Source: a virus
Strand: one strand, 5' to 3'
IMG/VR virus record: IMGVR_UViG_3300029156_000002
Coordinates: 21,023 to 85,022 of that record
Length of the DNA: 64,000 bases
This document shows, piece by piece, positions 20,684 to 30,137 of this stretch; position 1 is the stretch's first letter, and the number at the start of each line of letters is the position of its first letter. Below the pieces are notes generated by a model. That model made no database searches, had not been told where the DNA came from, and saw nothing but the letters and a program-made list of their open reading frames with translations. Made by a program: the position numbers and the translations under genes.

Positions 20684-20689
20684 GATTTC

Positions 20690-21013
20690 TTAGTCTGACT
20701 CGGTTACGGGAACGAAGCGACGTGTCACGACTGCGCGAACCTCTCGTTCGTTCTCAAAACGAAAGGTGCCGTCGCTATCGCGTTCGAAGTTGACCATGAA
20801 GTGTTTTCCAAAGCCGTCTGAGTCTCCCCCTTGATCGACAAAGAAAACCGCATGGTCGCTAAAAATCTCGCTGGGCCACGCCCAATCTGTTTCGCCCAGC
20901 GAGCGGGAGTCTCTGTACGCTGCAAGCAGCGCCTCAGTAAACTCAACCAAACTTTCATCTGGCATCAAGCGTAAAGACGCCTTGTGTACCAGGACTTTAA
21001 TAGGTGTCATCAC
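20690..21013 (-). CDS. Hypothetical protein (head module)
   Basis: Intact ORF in the structural operon. Confidence 0.55.
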   Translation of the reverse strand: MMTPIKVLVHKASLRLMPDESLVEFTEALLAAYRDSRSLGETDWAWPSEIFSDHAVFFVDQGGDSDGFGKHFMVNFERDSDGTFRFENEREVRAVVTRRFVPVTESD

Positions 21014-21018
21014 AGAAC

Positions 21019-21351
21019 CTACTTCTTGCTTTTACGCTTATCAGCCTTAGCAACGTCAATTTTAGGCTGTTCAACCTTTAGCTCTTCAGCTGTAGCCTTA
21101 GGCGCTTCCTTTGCTTTGGCAAGGTCAGCGTTCTTCTGAGGCTTCTCGGGCTTGACTTTCTTGATCAGTGTCATAAGCCGCGCCACATCAGGACGCTCAG
21201 CTTTCAGACAATCAGCCTCAGCCTTGGTCATTTTAGCCAAAGAGTTAGGGCGCAAATGTAGCGCACCTTCGCACGAGCGCGCACAACCAGCAGGAAAGTT
21301 TTCAAGCTGAAAGGGCATAAAGCCGTGAGGCAATTTGTAAACGTACAACAT
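21019..21351 (-). CDS. Hypothetical protein (head module)
   Basis: Intact ORF with SD-like GAAGGAAG; Lys/Ala-rich tail. Confidence 0.55.
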   Translation of the reverse strand: MLYVYKLPHGFMPFQLENFPAGCARSCEGALHLRPNSLAKMTKAEADCLKAERPDVARLMTLIKKVKPEKPQKNADLAKAKEAPKATAEELKVEQPKIDVAKADKRKSKK

Positions 21352-21369
21352 ATCAATTCTTCCTTCGGA

Positions 21370-21903
21370 TTAACCCTCTTCAGTTGCTTCAAGCATGCTG
21401 ATTAGGGTAGGCTTGCTGTGCTCTTTAGGATCAACGTCTTTGCCTAGACGATCGGACAAAATGTTCGCAAGCTTTGTGCGGTTCATTTTGCCATCCCATT
21501 GTTCTGAGTCGCTTACCGCTTCGCTATCGTTCTCCCAATCAGAGGCGTCTGCTAGCGTTCTCGCGTCTGGCCAAGCTTGAGGAGCTTCATTTTTCTTTTC
21601 TTCTTTCGCATCCTGTTCGCTTGCCTTTGCGCTTTCATCGTCTTTAGAAGGAGAAAGAACAGTAACAGAGCGCGGCTTGACAACTTGCGGCTTAACATAC
21701 GGAGCGGACTCAATAGGCTTGTTTTGACCATCAAATTTGCGAACAATAAAAGCTGAATTTGTTTCGCAGTATTTGATGATGTCTTTGTCAGTTACGCGCT
21801 GGTCTTTAAGGCGCCGTTCAAATTTCATTTTCCCAGGTACCGTGAGAGACGCACAGGAAGTAAGTTTGATCAAAGCGTAAGCGACTTGGGGTTTATCTGA
21901 CAT
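21370..21903 (-). CDS. Hypothetical protein with C-terminal HeH/Rho-N-like helical motif
   Basis: MNRTKLANILSDRLGKDVDPKEHSKPTLISML; a common type of gene just after capsid genes. Confidence 0.5.
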   Translation of the reverse strand: MSDKPQVAYALIKLTSCASLTVPGKMKFERRLKDQRVTDKDIIKYCETNSAFIVRKFDGQNKPIESAPYVKPQVVKPRSVTVLSPSKDDESAKASEQDAKEEKKNEAPQAWPDARTLADASDWENDSEAVSDSEQWDGKMNRTKLANILSDRLGKDVDPKEHSKPTLISMLEATEEG

Positions 21904-21944
21904 TTCTAAAATCTTTCGTAGGCGTGTTAAAAATTGGGCGTGAC

Positions 21945-21979
21945 AAAAAAGTTAGCGTGGGCTACGAAGCGGCCCCGCC
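21945..21979 (-). terminator. Putative intrinsic terminator after the major capsid gene
   Basis: GCGGGGC...GCCCACGC stem (one bulge) followed by AACTTTTTT. Confidence 0.55.
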
Positions 21980-22000
21980 AAGCGCTATCAAATTATTTGA

Positions 22001-23188
22001 TCAGCCAAGACCGATATTTTTGACCTTTACGATCGCATCGGGCTCTTCAATCTGAACACCAACACGAGCGTGCATAGCCCACTGTCGAGTATTCTTATAG
22101 ATGTCTGGAGCCTGAAGGATCGTAATATTCATCGAAACACCAACGATGAGGTTCCGAAGATCCGTAAGCAACATCTGTGCACCTGCCTGATAGGTGACCT
22201 TCACAACATCACCATCACCAATGGCACCGCCGCCTGTACGAGCAATAGTGCCAGCGGCCGCATCAACGATGTAGTCCGTTGTATTGATAAACGGCGTCAA
22301 CGCAGTATCATCAAGATCTTCTGGAAGAACGATAACGCTCTTGATGTTTTTGTTCTTCAGCGCAACTGCAGTTGTGCCACTAAGCGTGACATGCTCAACT
22401 ACCTGAGGCTCAAGAGGCCACAATGGTACGGGCACGCGCCGAATACCAAAGCTATCGCCAGAACCGCCAGCCAACGCAGAGTCACCTGCCGCTGTTGCGC
22501 GAGCAGACACCTTTTCGTTGTACTTATGATCGAGATTCTGGGGCAACAGCCAACGCATGCTGTTCAACTGACGCTGAAACTTTGTTGGCAGGGCCTGCAT
22601 ACCTTGCGAGAACAAGTTAGGCGAAATATTCGCCCCGTTCGCGTCAAGAATATTGCCAGCCTCAGCGAGCTCGCTCCAGCCGGTCTGCAGAGCAAGGTAC
22701 TCGTCCTTCACGTAAGTCGTGGTCGATGTACCAAAGTCGAGCTCTTCTGGAGTCGCAGCGCGACCCAACGGATTACCAAGAATGTACAACTCCTCAAGGT
22801 CATTCGAGAACGCGCGAGCCATCATGCTAAGCACATGGTCTTCGGCGCTCATTCCCTCAAGGTTGTGTGCCAGAAACCGCTCAGAGAACTCAAGCGGCAC
22901 GACAACCTCAGCAGGAATCATTTTACGCTGAGAGAACTTGGCTGATCGCCGTCGCTGAGGGTCCTGAGCTTCCTTGTGCGACAAGGCAACGCGCTTACCG
23001 ACACCCATGGTATCAATATCGAATTGCTCATTGCGGAATCGCTCCATGCGAACGTTGCCTTTAAGCACGCTCTCATCAAACACGAAGTCCAGGAACCGGT
23101 CAGCCTGCTTCGGATTAAGCTTACCGCTTTGGGCGATCGAATCAGTGGTCTGGACCGCCTTCTGCAAGAATTCAGATTGTGTAGTCAT
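22001..23188 (-). CDS. Major capsid protein (HK97 fold)
   Basis: GKLNPKQADRFLDFV, EDHVLSMMARAFSNDLEEL, LIVGVSMNITI, ARVGVQIEEPDAIVKV. Confidence 0.92.
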   Translation of the reverse strand: MTTQSEFLQKAVQTTDSIAQSGKLNPKQADRFLDFVFDESVLKGNVRMERFRNEQFDIDTMGVGKRVALSHKEAQDPQRRRSAKFSQRKMIPAEVVVPLEFSERFLAHNLEGMSAEDHVLSMMARAFSNDLEELYILGNPLGRAATPEELDFGTSTTTYVKDEYLALQTGWSELAEAGNILDANGANISPNLFSQGMQALPTKFQRQLNSMRWLLPQNLDHKYNEKVSARATAAGDSALAGGSGDSFGIRRVPVPLWPLEPQVVEHVTLSGTTAVALKNKNIKSVIVLPEDLDDTALTPFINTTDYIVDAAAGTIARTGGGAIGDGDVVKVTYQAGAQMLLTDLRNLIVGVSMNITILQAPDIYKNTRQWAMHARVGVQIEEPDAIVKVKNIGLG

Positions 23189-23219
23189 GTGTATTTCCTT
23201 TTAAATTTCTCGTCTGAAC

Positions 23220-24029
23220 TTACTTCAGCGAATTAAAGAATCCGTCAAATTCACCGCCGAAGGGGCTGTCCTCGCGGGACTTCTTAACTTCCTCTTCAAC
23301 AGTTGTTTCATCAGGAGCTGCAGCGCTCGCGCCACGGCTCTTTTCAATTGTTTCAATGCGCTCAGCCTGCGAAGCATTCTTCGCGCTCAACTCATCAACA
23401 CTTTTCTGAAGCTTCTCAAGCAAAGAGACCACAGGATCGGACTTAGAGTCATCCTCATTCGAATCTGCAGACTTAGTAACTTCCTCAACAACTTCTTCAT
23501 CAGCTGGGGCAAGGTCATCAGCAAGAGTTGCGAATTCGCTAAGCAAGTTACGAAGTTTCTCTTCACGCTTTGCGGTCATTCGTTTGCCCTTGACAAGCTT
23601 GCCCGCAATCGCATCTAGAACTTTCTCTTCAAGCGTCTTGGCAATGGCATCCACATCAACAGCCTTCTCAGCGGCTTCCGTTTCCTTATCGCCTTCGCCT
23701 TCGCTCTTAGCCAACTCAGCGCTCTCCTCAGCGGACGCCTCTTTATTTTCGCTAGCTTCGTCATTGCTCTCGCTCTCCTCAGACTTTTCAAGCGTTTCGA
23801 CAATCTCGTTGGACTGCTCGATTGCTTCGGTCTTCGGCTCTTCGCCGCTAGCCTTAGACACATCAATGTCCACAAGCTCGGCGCTCTCTTTATTCTTTTC
23901 GTTTTTCATTTCTGAATTTCCTTCCTTGCGCTTGTAAACAAGGACTTTCAAGTTTGCACCTTCGTCTACGAGATCTACATTCGTAGGGTTCGCTTTGGTG
24001 AACACTCGCTTAGGTTTCGGTTGGGTCAT
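23220..24029 (-). CDS. Capsid scaffold protein
   Basis: VDLVDEGAN N-terminus, acidic low-complexity middle, VEEEVKKS..SPFGG C-terminus; directly upstream of the capsid gene. Confidence 0.65.
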   Translation of the reverse strand: MTQPKPKRVFTKANPTNVDLVDEGANLKVLVYKRKEGNSEMKNEKNKESAELVDIDVSKASGEEPKTEAIEQSNEIVETLEKSEESESNDEASENKEASAEESAELAKSEGEGDKETEAAEKAVDVDAIAKTLEEKVLDAIAGKLVKGKRMTAKREEKLRNLLSEFATLADDLAPADEEVVEEVTKSADSNEDDSKSDPVVSLLEKLQKSVDELSAKNASQAERIETIEKSRGASAAAPDETTVEEEVKKSREDSPFGGEFDGFFNSLK

Positions 24030-24438
24030 CTTCGTTTACTCTGTACCCAGATGCTGGGCCTTCAATTGAAACTCCGGTCAGCTCGCCATCTTTGACACGC
24101 TGCCAAACATCGTCATCGTTAATCCGAAACTTCACAATCCACGAATTGACTGGGGCGTCCACTCCATCGAAGCTACCTCCAGCATCTGTAAACCATGATC
24201 CAATCAGATCAATGTCTGGGCGCTCGCCGCTGTGCTGCAACCCAATTTCCTTGCTGATATTGTATGTAGACAAAAAGTCGTAAGCGGCATTCTCGACGCA
24301 TTCGATAGTGAACAAATCACCATGAGCGTCGATTTCATCAGCTACCATAGCTACGCAAGTAACCTCGCGCTTGTCGTTAGAAAACGACTTTCTAATAATG
24401 GTCTTTTCTCCAAGTAACTCAGATTGTCTTTCTTCCAT
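24010..24438 (-). CDS. XkdF-like prohead serine protease
   Basis: DEIDAHGD, IENAAYDFL, IGLQH, W..VKDGELTGVSIEG. Confidence 0.85.
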   Translation of the reverse strand: MEERQSELLGEKTIIRKSFSNDKREVTCVAMVADEIDAHGDLFTIECVENAAYDFLSTYNISKEIGLQHSGERPDIDLIGSWFTDAGGSFDGVDAPVNSWIVKFRINDDDVWQRVKDGELTGVSIEGPASGYRVNEDDPTET

Positions 24439-24493
24439 GTTACTTATCCTTTAACCGCTTAATACGCATAACTCTAGAGCATGCATAGCTGAA

Positions 24494-26128
24494 TTAGTTT
24501 TGTGGCTCCGAAGTCACTTGTTGCGTTGGCTCAGTAGGGTCTGCTTGATTCTTTATTGCCTCAGCCATAAGTAGCGAGAACGGCAATGTAGAATCGAACC
24601 CTTGGGGGAATTCAGGTAAGTCCTGCCCGAACAAGCGCTCCATAATCATGCGAGCGATCTCAGGAGTCATTGCCCCAGTCTTCTCAGCATCACGCATCGC
24701 TTGTACCAGCGCTTGTGTATCTGTGACGTTTGGAGTGTTCAGCTCAATAACATTATGAACAATGCCCATTTCTGCAAAGAGCTTGTTGTTGATGAATTTG
24801 ACGAATTTGTCACGATCAATTGCGAAAATTTGCTCATCTGCAAACTTAACGTTCGCTTCAACCTCAGCACGTGTTTTAGCGTCTCCGCGTCCAACAAGAA
24901 CTTCAGGCAAGCGATATGCTCGTCGCTGCGCTTGACGGTTCTCTGTACTATACTCCGTGAACATCGCGTCATTAATTCGTGTATCGTGCAACGACTTAAC
25001 TTCAATCTTAGCGTTGCCAATGTCCACGTCATCCATGGTCATTGGCTCGCTTTCAAGCAAAACGAACTTGCTGCGATTGTCGCTATTGTTGATCTTGACT
25101 TGAATGAAATCCTTCAGCCTGTCGATCGAATCTTGAGTAAGATTGCCGCCAGAGACCATCACGAACATGCTGGGAATGCTGTTGTTCTTGATGGTTGCGT
25201 AATTGATCTCCTCAGCCTTCTGGTCGCCAACAATGGAAATGACATTTCCGATGTGACGGACAAAGCCGTAGGGGCCCCGTGTTCGCGGCTCCGCGACGTG
25301 AATGATTTCGCGAGCAAGCTTGTTCTTGCTTTTCAGCTCGCTGATTTTGGACTTCTCTTTAACGAGCTTGCCAGTGTCTCGGTCGTATGCTCTATCGTCC
25401 TGAAACGCCTTGTAAAATGTTTGATGGGTGCTATCGTTTGAAGCCGACCCAGTTCTTGAAGAACCAGTGGACGTCTGTACATAGCGCCGGCGTCTGAAAG
25501 CTTCTTCCCGTTCGCTAACTTTGTAGCCATCTCGCGTTCGCTCGATACGCTTAATTTTGTTAGCGTACGGTTCTTCTTCAAGCTTCATAATTTCCATCTG
25601 GTGTGATGGAACTCGAATCAAGCCATCTGGCTGCCCAGTCGTATCGTTTCTGGAGACCTCAAAGTACATGTTGCCTGTGAGGTAGTAGTCCCACACGGCT
25701 TCAGTTAGAAGCTCTGTTAGATCCTGCTCGGCATTCACATATCTAAAGAAGTTCTCTAGCTTGATCGCTTCATCGAGAACATCGTCAACATTGGTTTGTT
25801 CCTTCTTGCGAATGCGTGGAACCGTACGGTGACCAAAGCCAACTGTATTCGAAACCATCGCATGAATGACTTGCTTGAGTTCCGAAGAGCCTTCAATAAA
25901 AGTAGTAAGCCACTGTGGATCGTATATGGGCTTGATAATGTCTTGAGATGCAATACGTGGAGTATCTGCTATCAGCGCCGATTGTTCTCCGCCTTCTTCT
26001 CGACTCTTAGAAACATCAACCTCTTCCAGGCTCTGAACGCGACGCAAGCTAGCACGCGCAGAGCTTAGTTCTTCTTTGCGCTTTTCCAGATGTACAACCC
26101 ATTGTTCTCGTTTAGTTAAGTCTTCCAC
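24494..26128 (-). CDS. Portal protein
   Basis: DYYLTGNMYFEV, NNSIPSMFVMVSG, RAYRLPEVLVG; GTG start directly after the TerL stop. Confidence 0.88.
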   Translation of the reverse strand: MEDLTKREQWVVHLEKRKEELSSARASLRRVQSLEEVDVSKSREEGGEQSALIADTPRIASQDIIKPIYDPQWLTTFIEGSSELKQVIHAMVSNTVGFGHRTVPRIRKKEQTNVDDVLDEAIKLENFFRYVNAEQDLTELLTEAVWDYYLTGNMYFEVSRNDTTGQPDGLIRVPSHQMEIMKLEEEPYANKIKRIERTRDGYKVSEREEAFRRRRYVQTSTGSSRTGSASNDSTHQTFYKAFQDDRAYDRDTGKLVKEKSKISELKSKNKLAREIIHVAEPRTRGPYGFVRHIGNVISIVGDQKAEEINYATIKNNSIPSMFVMVSGGNLTQDSIDRLKDFIQVKINNSDNRSKFVLLESEPMTMDDVDIGNAKIEVKSLHDTRINDAMFTEYSTENRQAQRRAYRLPEVLVGRGDAKTRAEVEANVKFADEQIFAIDRDKFVKFINNKLFAEMGIVHNVIELNTPNVTDTQALVQAMRDAEKTGAMTPEIARMIMERLFGQDLPEFPQGFDSTLPFSLLMAEAIKNQADPTEPTQQVTSEPQN

Positions 26129-27664
26129 TTAGAGGACTCCTACAGTTTCTCGTTCGATCTTGCGACGGCCGCTAGTGCGAGCCGCTGTCATCGCATGATC
26201 AAATGCGTCAAATAAATCATCGTGGCCAGCGCTGGGAAACAGGACCAGTTGCTCGCGCAATTTCCATGAGGGCGTTTCGAGAATCGTTTCGCCGTTCAAC
26301 TTCATCGAACGAACGGGAAAGAAAACTCGCTTGTTTTCAAAGACGGGCGTCAGGCGCCAAGCGCGTGAAACTTTCCCATCGTGGGGCTTAATGCGGATGC
26401 GCTTGATCTTGCTTTTGATCTCAGGGTGGTGCTTCTCAAGATTGTGGTATTGGGCGAGCTGATACCCTTGAACCTCTAAGCCAATTTTTTTAGGTTTCCA
26501 CTTCTGATCCATCTCAACGATCTTTGCAGTTTGATCGTTGAACCTAAGCTTGTCTGCGTAGGATTCAAGAACAAAGTAGCGAGCTTCATCCCCAGTCCCA
26601 TGCTTTCCGATGACAACGATCGCAAAATCGTCTGCCGTTTGCTTTTCGGAGATAGCAAGATCAACACCCATATAGACGTTCATCTTAGAAATCATTGCGT
26701 TCATCTCATCCTCAGGGATAGATTGGCAATGTTCATACTTGAAGATTTCGCCCTTCATAGCGTCTGTAGAACAGAGATACTGCGCGCCGAAAGCAATCTC
26801 GCCCATGTTGCGTTTTCGCTTCAACAACTCTTCAACACGCCAGCGTTTTGGCCATGGTGAACAACCCGTCTCAGGATCAACAGCAGGAATGACGTTTATT
26901 CCCATAGCTGGGACGCCAGCCTTTAGGTTGTCTTCAGCAATTTTTATCCACTGACCATATTGGTCAAGATAGTGATACCGTGTACCAACGCGATGCCTAT
27001 TGAATCGATATGGAAGATCGGCATCAGGCGGATCGAGCATTGGTGTAAAAGTGCCGTTGTACCACTCATTAACTTCTTCACGAGTAATCTCCGTATCGGA
27101 ATTTGTTTTGTCAATAAGATCGTCGGAAAACTCAACATCAAAGTGCGCACCAGCAATGGAGCCTTTAGCACCGACGCAAGCAATCGAGGGAGTTGCGTCC
27201 GTTGACGTTCGTTGTGCAACTTCGATCTCTCGCTGGTTCCAGACATCTCTGGACACGAACTCTCCAAAGAGCTCGATTAATTTTTCGTTGCCCTCAAAAT
27301 GGGACTTAATTTCTTTGAGCCTAGCTTGGGCCTGCTTGACTGTTTTGCTCGCGATCACCAGGCGGGCGTTCGGCCATTTGGACAGGTACCAAATTGCTTT
27401 GGCTACTGTACAAATAGTAGATTTTCCAGCTCCTCGAAATGCAAGCTGAAGGTTATCAAGATGCTGAAATTGAAACTTCAGCATGTTTAGGTGAAATGGT
27501 TGAACCTCGTAACCAAGAACATGAGTTGCTAGAATATCGACCCTGTTATTTACAAGGATCTGTTTTCTGAGCCATTCATTATACATTTCCCGCTGAGTGC
27601 CATACAGCTGTTCAAGCTGAGAGCGCTCACCGGTCAGTACAAGTTTTGGATCGAGGATTCGCAT
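26129..27664 (-). CDS. terL: Terminase large subunit
   Basis: Walker A-like AFRGAGKST, Walker B-like DVEFSDDLID, VGTRYHYLDQYG, nuclease MGVDLA and HDDLFDA. Start moved to ATG 27664. Confidence 0.95.
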   Translation of the reverse strand: MRILDPKLVLTGERSQLEQLYGTQREMYNEWLRKQILVNNRVDILATHVLGYEVQPFHLNMLKFQFQHLDNLQLAFRGAGKSTICTVAKAIWYLSKWPNARLVIASKTVKQAQARLKEIKSHFEGNEKLIELFGEFVSRDVWNQREIEVAQRTSTDATPSIACVGAKGSIAGAHFDVEFSDDLIDKTNSDTEITREEVNEWYNGTFTPMLDPPDADLPYRFNRHRVGTRYHYLDQYGQWIKIAEDNLKAGVPAMGINVIPAVDPETGCSPWPKRWRVEELLKRKRNMGEIAFGAQYLCSTDAMKGEIFKYEHCQSIPEDEMNAMISKMNVYMGVDLAISEKQTADDFAIVVIGKHGTGDEARYFVLESYADKLRFNDQTAKIVEMDQKWKPKKIGLEVQGYQLAQYHNLEKHHPEIKSKIKRIRIKPHDGKVSRAWRLTPVFENKRVFFPVRSMKLNGETILETPSWKLREQLVLFPSAGHDDLFDAFDHAMTAARTSGRRKIERETVGVL

Positions 27665-27676
27665 GAAAGCTAAAGA

Positions 27677-27702
27677 GCGGCGGGGCAATCACACCCCGCC
27701 GC
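27677..27702 (-). terminator. GC-rich hairpin immediately upstream of terL
   Basis: Perfect 9-bp stem GCGGCGGGG/CCCCGCCGC with 8-nt loop, followed by TCTTTAGCTTTC-ATG. Confidence 0.6.
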
Positions 27703-27714
27703 ATAAAGCAAGTC

Positions 27715-28065
27715 TTACTCTTCAGCGATATACTGAACTACTTCGCCAGCGACGTTGATGTCAGTATCAACGCCAAGGACAAAGCCGCTGGCCGTAGGGC
27801 GCACGCCCTCACCTGCCGCAGTGGCGCTAAGTGTGCCGTCTGTAATGCGCTTATAGGTTAGCTGAGTTGCTTCCTCCGGGAAGAGCTCAGGGACCGGGCT
27901 GTTAGGGTTCTGTACGCGAGGACCCATTCCGATCTGCCACTCAGCGCTCACGAGCCCGTCAGTGTTCAAAAGCTTGACGATGCGAGGGCGGAACCCTACT
28001 TCAACCTCAAGCAGTGTGCCGGTACCCGTTACCGATCCTTCTTTCCTACCTGTTCCTGATGCCAT
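27715..28065 (-). CDS. Hypothetical protein, possible capsid decoration
   Basis: Strong SD AGGAG; beta-rich GTGTLLEVEVGFRPRIVKL. Confidence 0.5.
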   Translation of the reverse strand: MASGTGRKEGSVTGTGTLLEVEVGFRPRIVKLLNTDGLVSAEWQIGMGPRVQNPNSPVPELFPEEATQLTYKRITDGTLSATAAGEGVRPTASGFVLGVDTDINVAGEVVQYIAEE

Positions 28066-28096
28066 TTTTTATCTCCTAGATTGCAATCTGTTTAGA

Positions 28097-28525
28097 TTAG
28101 AGTTCTTTGATCCAGACTTGCAGTTTCCCGCTAGCTGGAATGTTTGCTACTGCTGTTAGCCGCACACCAAGCCTTGGGGCGCCGCCAACATCAGCTGTTA
28201 CTACTTGTGCATACGCGACTTGCGCTGCACTAGTGCCATGGTCCAAAACCGCAACGCCTTCCTCATCCTGGAACGACACAACTTCAAGAAGTTGAATTGT
28301 CGCAACAGCAGTGCCTGCATCTGCGATGTCTCCATTGGCATCTCGAAGCGAATAAAAAAGTGAGACTTTTCGGGTGGCGCCAGCCAACTGTGCAGTTGGT
28401 GCTTCTTTGATACAGACTGTTTCCAGTCCAGCTGTGTCCTGATCCGCAAAGTAATCTGTTGCGTCAGCTGTGAAGCCCTCTTGAACTTCGCGTAATAGGC
28501 GGTAACCGTATGCGTTTGCGCTCAT
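28097..28525 (-). CDS. Hypothetical virion protein
   Basis: Intact beta-rich ORF between terS candidate and terL. Confidence 0.5.
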   Translation of the reverse strand: MSANAYGYRLLREVQEGFTADATDYFADQDTAGLETVCIKEAPTAQLAGATRKVSLFYSLRDANGDIADAGTAVATIQLLEVVSFQDEEGVAVLDHGTSAAQVAYAQVVTADVGGAPRLGVRLTAVANIPASGKLQVWIKEL

Positions 28526-28528
28526 TAG

Positions 28529-29110
28529 TTATTCCTCTGATTTCACAGCACCCTGAATGTCATAAATGCTGTCGCCATGATGAAGACGTTGTTCGGGCAA
28601 AGCCAAGATATCGTCATCTCCAACTTCCCTTTGGATGCGAACTAATTCATCAAGCGAACGAGCAAGTTCAGAGCGAAGCTCTGTTGCGGTCATTCCCTGA
28701 ATGTGTTGCGCAATATAAATAGGAAGACCCGCTTCAGCTCCCATGCCTTGAATATTAACGATGCCGAATTCTTTAGCTAAGCGAAGCAGGTCTTTTCTGA
28801 TTTCATACTGCGCTTTCAAAGCATTGATAGCCTCACGCGGTATGCCAGAATCTGTTGTGAATTTATCTAGCTTGTTGATAATCGCAACAGCTTCGATAAA
28901 GTGCCGTGCAAATACATGTTCTGTGGGTTGGCTGGAGAGCTCTTGCGCAAGCTCATCCATAGCTTCGCGCAGCATGACTTCAAACGAATCAGCATTCAGG
29001 CCCAAGTGTTCCTGAATCTGGATCGGAGTCTGCCCCGCTTTGAGCAACCCTAGTATTTCTCGTTTTGCAAGCCCCTTAGCGGACTCACTAGACTTTTTTG
29101 GCATCGCCAC
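28529..29110 (-). CDS. Terminase small subunit candidate
   Basis: N-terminal HTH-like KREILGLLKAGQTPIQIQEHLGL, helical middle; first gene after a strong terminator. Confidence 0.55.
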   Translation of the reverse strand: MAMPKKSSESAKGLAKREILGLLKAGQTPIQIQEHLGLNADSFEVMLREAMDELAQELSSQPTEHVFARHFIEAVAIINKLDKFTTDSGIPREAINALKAQYEIRKDLLRLAKEFGIVNIQGMGAEAGLPIYIAQHIQGMTATELRSELARSLDELVRIQREVGDDDILALPEQRLHHGDSIYDIQGAVKSEE

Positions 29111-29127
29111 AAATATAGGGCATGCAC

Positions 29128-29163
29128 AAAAAAAGCCCCCACGCCGGAGTGCGTGGGGGCTTT
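29128..29163 (-). terminator. Strong intrinsic terminator between accessory and virion regions
   Basis: 13-bp stem AAAGCCCCCACGC/GCGTGGGGGCTTT plus a 7-T run on the minus strand. Confidence 0.9.
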
Positions 29164-29189
29164 AAAACAGTTGTAGCTAGCGAAATTAG

Positions 29190-29420
29190 TTAGTTTTTAG
29201 AGGTTTTAAAATCTTCTTCAGCGTCAAAGAAACCACGTTCCCATTTCTCAAATGCCGGCGATCCTGGAGCATATGGGTTGGAATTGATCGATGTGGCGAT
29301 GTCTTCCAGAAACGCCTCATAACCCAGGCAGTAAGCAAGCTCAGTATCATGGGAAGATTCGTATGCTTCTTGTTCGTCAGGATCCCAATCGCTGTCAAAA
29401 TTATAGGTTTCGTATCTCAT
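29190..29420 (-). CDS. Ribosome modulation factor (Rmf)-like small protein
   Basis: AYCLGYEAF...NPY...WERGFFDA matches the RMF pattern A..RGY.AG...CPY...W.GGW.EA. Confidence 0.55.
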   Translation of the reverse strand: MRYETYNFDSDWDPDEQEAYESSHDTELAYCLGYEAFLEDIATSINSNPYAPGSPAFEKWERGFFDAEEDFKTSKN

Positions 29421-30136
29421 TTGCTTTTGAGTTCCTCCATCAGATCGCTGATGTATTCGATGTTTGAAGTTGACATGCTTTTAATGACCTCAATCAGCTG
29501 TGTGCAGTCGCCAGCCGCTCGGTGACCGCCTTCTAGCTTAGGCCATCTGAAGCCATTGCGCAGAGAGTTCCAATCGCCCACCCACACGGCTGAATCAGGC
29601 ATGGGGTCGATAACCTCAGGAAATTCTAGCTCAGCGACTCCATGCTCAAATGCTGTTTGATCCAGCAAGCGCAGATCGAAGTCTTTGTTGTAGAATAAGA
29701 TCAGGTTGAACTCGTCTAGAGCGCTCTGGATCTTATCGCGCTCCTGCTTAAACGTAGGCGCGAGTTCAACCTTCTTGGGCGTAATTCCATGAACGGCAAT
29801 GGAGCCTTCAGTGATGTGTTTTGTGGGCTTAAAGAGAGATTCGTAAGCGATTGAGCCGTCGTGGCGAACGATAGCTTTCTCGATAATCTCAGCTTCAGGA
29901 CCTGGGGAAGTTGTTTCTGTATCTGCTGCCGCCCAGTCGTCACGCTGTAGAAGACCTCTGAAAAGCTTGGTAACGCGGATGTGCTCACCTAGCCAAAGGC
30001 GTGCTGATTCGGCTCCTACGTACTTCGTCAGCGCTTTGGCTTGATCTCGAACACCAAATTGCTTGGTCCCATTTGAGTTAGTTTTCAAGATCGCTTTGAT
30101 CCTGTCTTGGACATATGTGCTGTTTTTTGTTGCCAT
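29417..30136 (-). CDS. DEDDh 3'-5' exonuclease (DnaQ/epsilon-like)
   Basis: ExoI DTETT, VHGIT, ExoII YNKDFD, ExoIII HRAAGDC. Confidence 0.9.
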   Translation of the reverse strand: MATKNSTYVQDRIKAILKTNSNGTKQFGVRDQAKALTKYVGAESARLWLGEHIRVTKLFRGLLQRDDWAAADTETTSPGPEAEIIEKAIVRHDGSIAYESLFKPTKHITEGSIAVHGITPKKVELAPTFKQERDKIQSALDEFNLILFYNKDFDLRLLDQTAFEHGVAELEFPEVIDPMPDSAVWVGDWNSLRNGFRWPKLEGGHRAAGDCTQLIEVIKSMSTSNIEYISDLMEELKSK

Positions 30137-30137
30137 G

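Noticed and set aside
11279-25441. Long plus-strand ORFs (e.g. 11279..12157, 22070..22945, 24701..25441)
   Set aside because: They are antisense shadows of the tape measure, capsid and portal genes, with no motifs or RBS.
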